This document shows positions 61,743 to 64,000 of a DNA stretch of 64,000 nt, one piece after another. Below the pieces are notes generated by a model. It saw only the letters and a list, made by a program, of their open reading frames with translations, was not told the origin of the DNA and ran no database searches. Both the position numbers and the translations under genes were made by a program. Within the stretch, counting starts at the first letter, position 1. Each line of letters opens with the position of its first letter. This DNA comes from Octopus sinensis. Taxonomy: Eukaryota. The stretch lies in contig NW_021833893.1 of assembly GCF_006345805.1 (NCBI RefSeq), forward strand, positions 310,001 to 374,000. Reading direction: 5' to 3'.

Positions 61743-63807
61743 GGGCTATTTCAAAAGCTGCAACTATAATCCACAATTCTTTCCAAAAGGATCGAAAAGA
61801 CAACGTTATAGCACTCGCAAGTAATGAATGGAAATTGGAATATACGGGAATTAAAAATTTCAACCTATTTAAGAATAAAGTGACCAAAAACAAATTTTAC
61901 ACAGAAGTCTCCAAAATTTGGCGTTTCTTTGTTAAATTCCAAATAAATGAGACAAATGAAATATTTACTAAATGCTGTCAACATGCTTTCATGTTGCAGA
62001 ATCAATATTTAACGCAATATGGCGATTAACTCTGTCACTAATCAAACAAAATAGCATAGGCACTCTGCATTTAAAATCGTCACCTACATAAATCACAACT
62101 TTGAGATCTGTGCTATCAACTGAGATAGGCCTTGTGGGTAGGGATTCGGTTATAGAAAGCTGAATGCAACGTTTCTGGTGCGCCGAGCAAATAGAGACTG
62201 GCTTAGCGAATTAGTTAATGGTCGATTATCAACAATAAATGGTAGTTCAAACTGAAAAATTCGATTAGAGTATAATCTATATGGTCACAGTGAAAGAAAA
62301 ACTTAGAATAGAGGAAGACATAGCTGGAAACGTTGAATAAGTGTTTAGGAAAGGCATCCTAATGTTCTGGCAGCGAAATTGGCCCTAGAAACGGAAAGCA
62401 TGAAAACTGCATTGTGTGAGTTGAGGCGCATGCTCTAAGACGGGAAGAGGCGAGAACCGTTTGATGTACTCGAGTGGCAAAAGTGTCACTAATATACAAT
62501 TAGGTATCAGCGGATAATAATAAGTGCATGTTATACGTGGATTTATGTATTGACTACATATCATACCGAGCTCAACTTTACTTTTCTTCATTCCGTGGGT
62601 GAGGAAACATATACCAGTAACATACGGTGTTGATAATTGGCTGATACCTCCAAGTAAACAAGTGAACTTATACCAATGACAGAAATCAATATTTTTACAT
62701 CGATATATGCACAACATTCGAGAAATGTACTATTGTTATTAGATTAGAAACGAATTTCCCTAAGAAACGCATACCTAATCATACATACATATGAAAGCAT
62801 GAACACAAATGCACACAATCTTGGACATGAATTATTCATTGATTTACACAAGCATAGTTGCATTTCATACAATATGTAGGTGTGTGAGTGTGCTTGTGTG
62901 TATAATGTGTTAACTATTACCGGAGTTTTCCTGGTAAATTCCTCAAAAATTATTTTCTAATTTCTCATGCTATTCACATGCTATATTTACACTTTTCAAA
63001 TGCTTTTAGAAATCCACAGCAGATTCACTGTGATTGACTTAAATATATATCGTAGACTTAATAAAATTAGTCGTAAATAAGCGCAAATCAATAGCTATTG
63101 AAATTTATGAAAAATATCATGAACAGGTATCCAATGGAGTTTGATTATCTGTCAGGTAAAAAGAAAACAACACTACCTGATGAAGTTTTAGTGTAAAAAA
63201 TAACATTTAGCAAAAATATTTAACAGTGTACTTAATGTGGATGTCTGCCAGGATTTAGAATTTGATTTATTGACATATTAAACGTTGTAGATTTGTCCTT
63301 TTATCTCTTGTATTCGTTTTTCGAACCATATCTGTAGAGGATGTTAGTCTCGCAAACTATTTCAGATTATTTCCAGGATTCGAAACAATATGATTTGCGT
63401 CATAGAGAAGTTATAGTGTGCTACATCTTTTAATTGCTTGTAGATGTAAATCTTTCAAAGTTGCTGTTAAGTTATTTTTTCAGAATTAATACTGAATGTA
63501 ATGTGGTCTAATCAATTTTAATGACAAAGTCGTTGGCGTACAACAGTAAAGCAGTGTTATGAGAACATAACACTTGATTATTTTCCTATCAATTTCTCCT
63601 TTTGTGATATTTGCACATCTTGCAAAAGTGAGACAGAGAAGAATAAACTATTGTCCTGTTTGGTTACATAATGAAACCCTGAACGTCAATGCAGTCTCAA
63701 TGAAGGAAATGTTAATCCATGTAATGTGCACTTACGTAATTCGCTTTTGTTTTCAAATAAAAAATACCCCTCTAGCAGAAACTAAACAGTTTGCAACAAA
63801 TATATCC

Positions 63808-63809
<2 letters not shown>

Positions 63810-63846
<37 letters not shown>

Positions 63847-63874
63847 TATATATATATTAATATATATATAAATA

Positions 63875-63928
<54 letters not shown>

Positions 63929-63933
63929 ATATA
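63810..63933. repeat. (TA)n microsatellite
   Basis: Read directly from the sequence. Confidence 0.97.
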
Positions 63934-64000
63934 CAAATTGAGATAGGGGTTGTAAATGCAACCCTCTATGGGATAACGTATATCCAGTATACTGCTGTAA

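Noticed and set aside
63140-63190. CTGATGAAG with tcaggta/tacctga hairpin
   Set aside because: No stem II closure or GAAA core.

Overview
AT-rich, microsatellite-dense eukaryotic DNA in which I could not support any host gene. The repeat families suggest an octopus/cephalopod genome; this is an inference from remembered SINE types, not a search result. Nearly all recognisable content is mobile DNA: (i) Penelope-like (PLE) retroelement pieces, including a near-perfect 3.5-kb palindrome (1,533-bp arms) with an uninterrupted GIY-YIG endonuclease ORF; (ii) nine hammerhead-ribozyme (HHR)-like motifs of varying integrity, two of them mirror copies in the palindrome; (iii) a small element at 10622-10962 that joins a tRNA-derived Pol III head, an (AAT)n spacer and a hammerhead tail, and has the same head-to-head inverted architecture as the large PLE; (iv) a 5'-truncated CR1-group LINE with an open RT frame; (v) R4/Dong-type LINE pieces, one embedded in an (AAT)n array; (vi) Tx1/L1-like ORF1 and ORF2 remnants; (vii) Tc1/mariner fossils and MITEs; (viii) three tRNA-derived SINE families. 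Most ORFs in the supplied track are microsatellite or antisense artefacts. The best candidate for an undescribed system is a PLE-mobilised, ribozyme-bearing tRNA-SINE together with its putative PLE partners. All alignments and folds were done by eye, so boundaries are approximate unless stated as exact.
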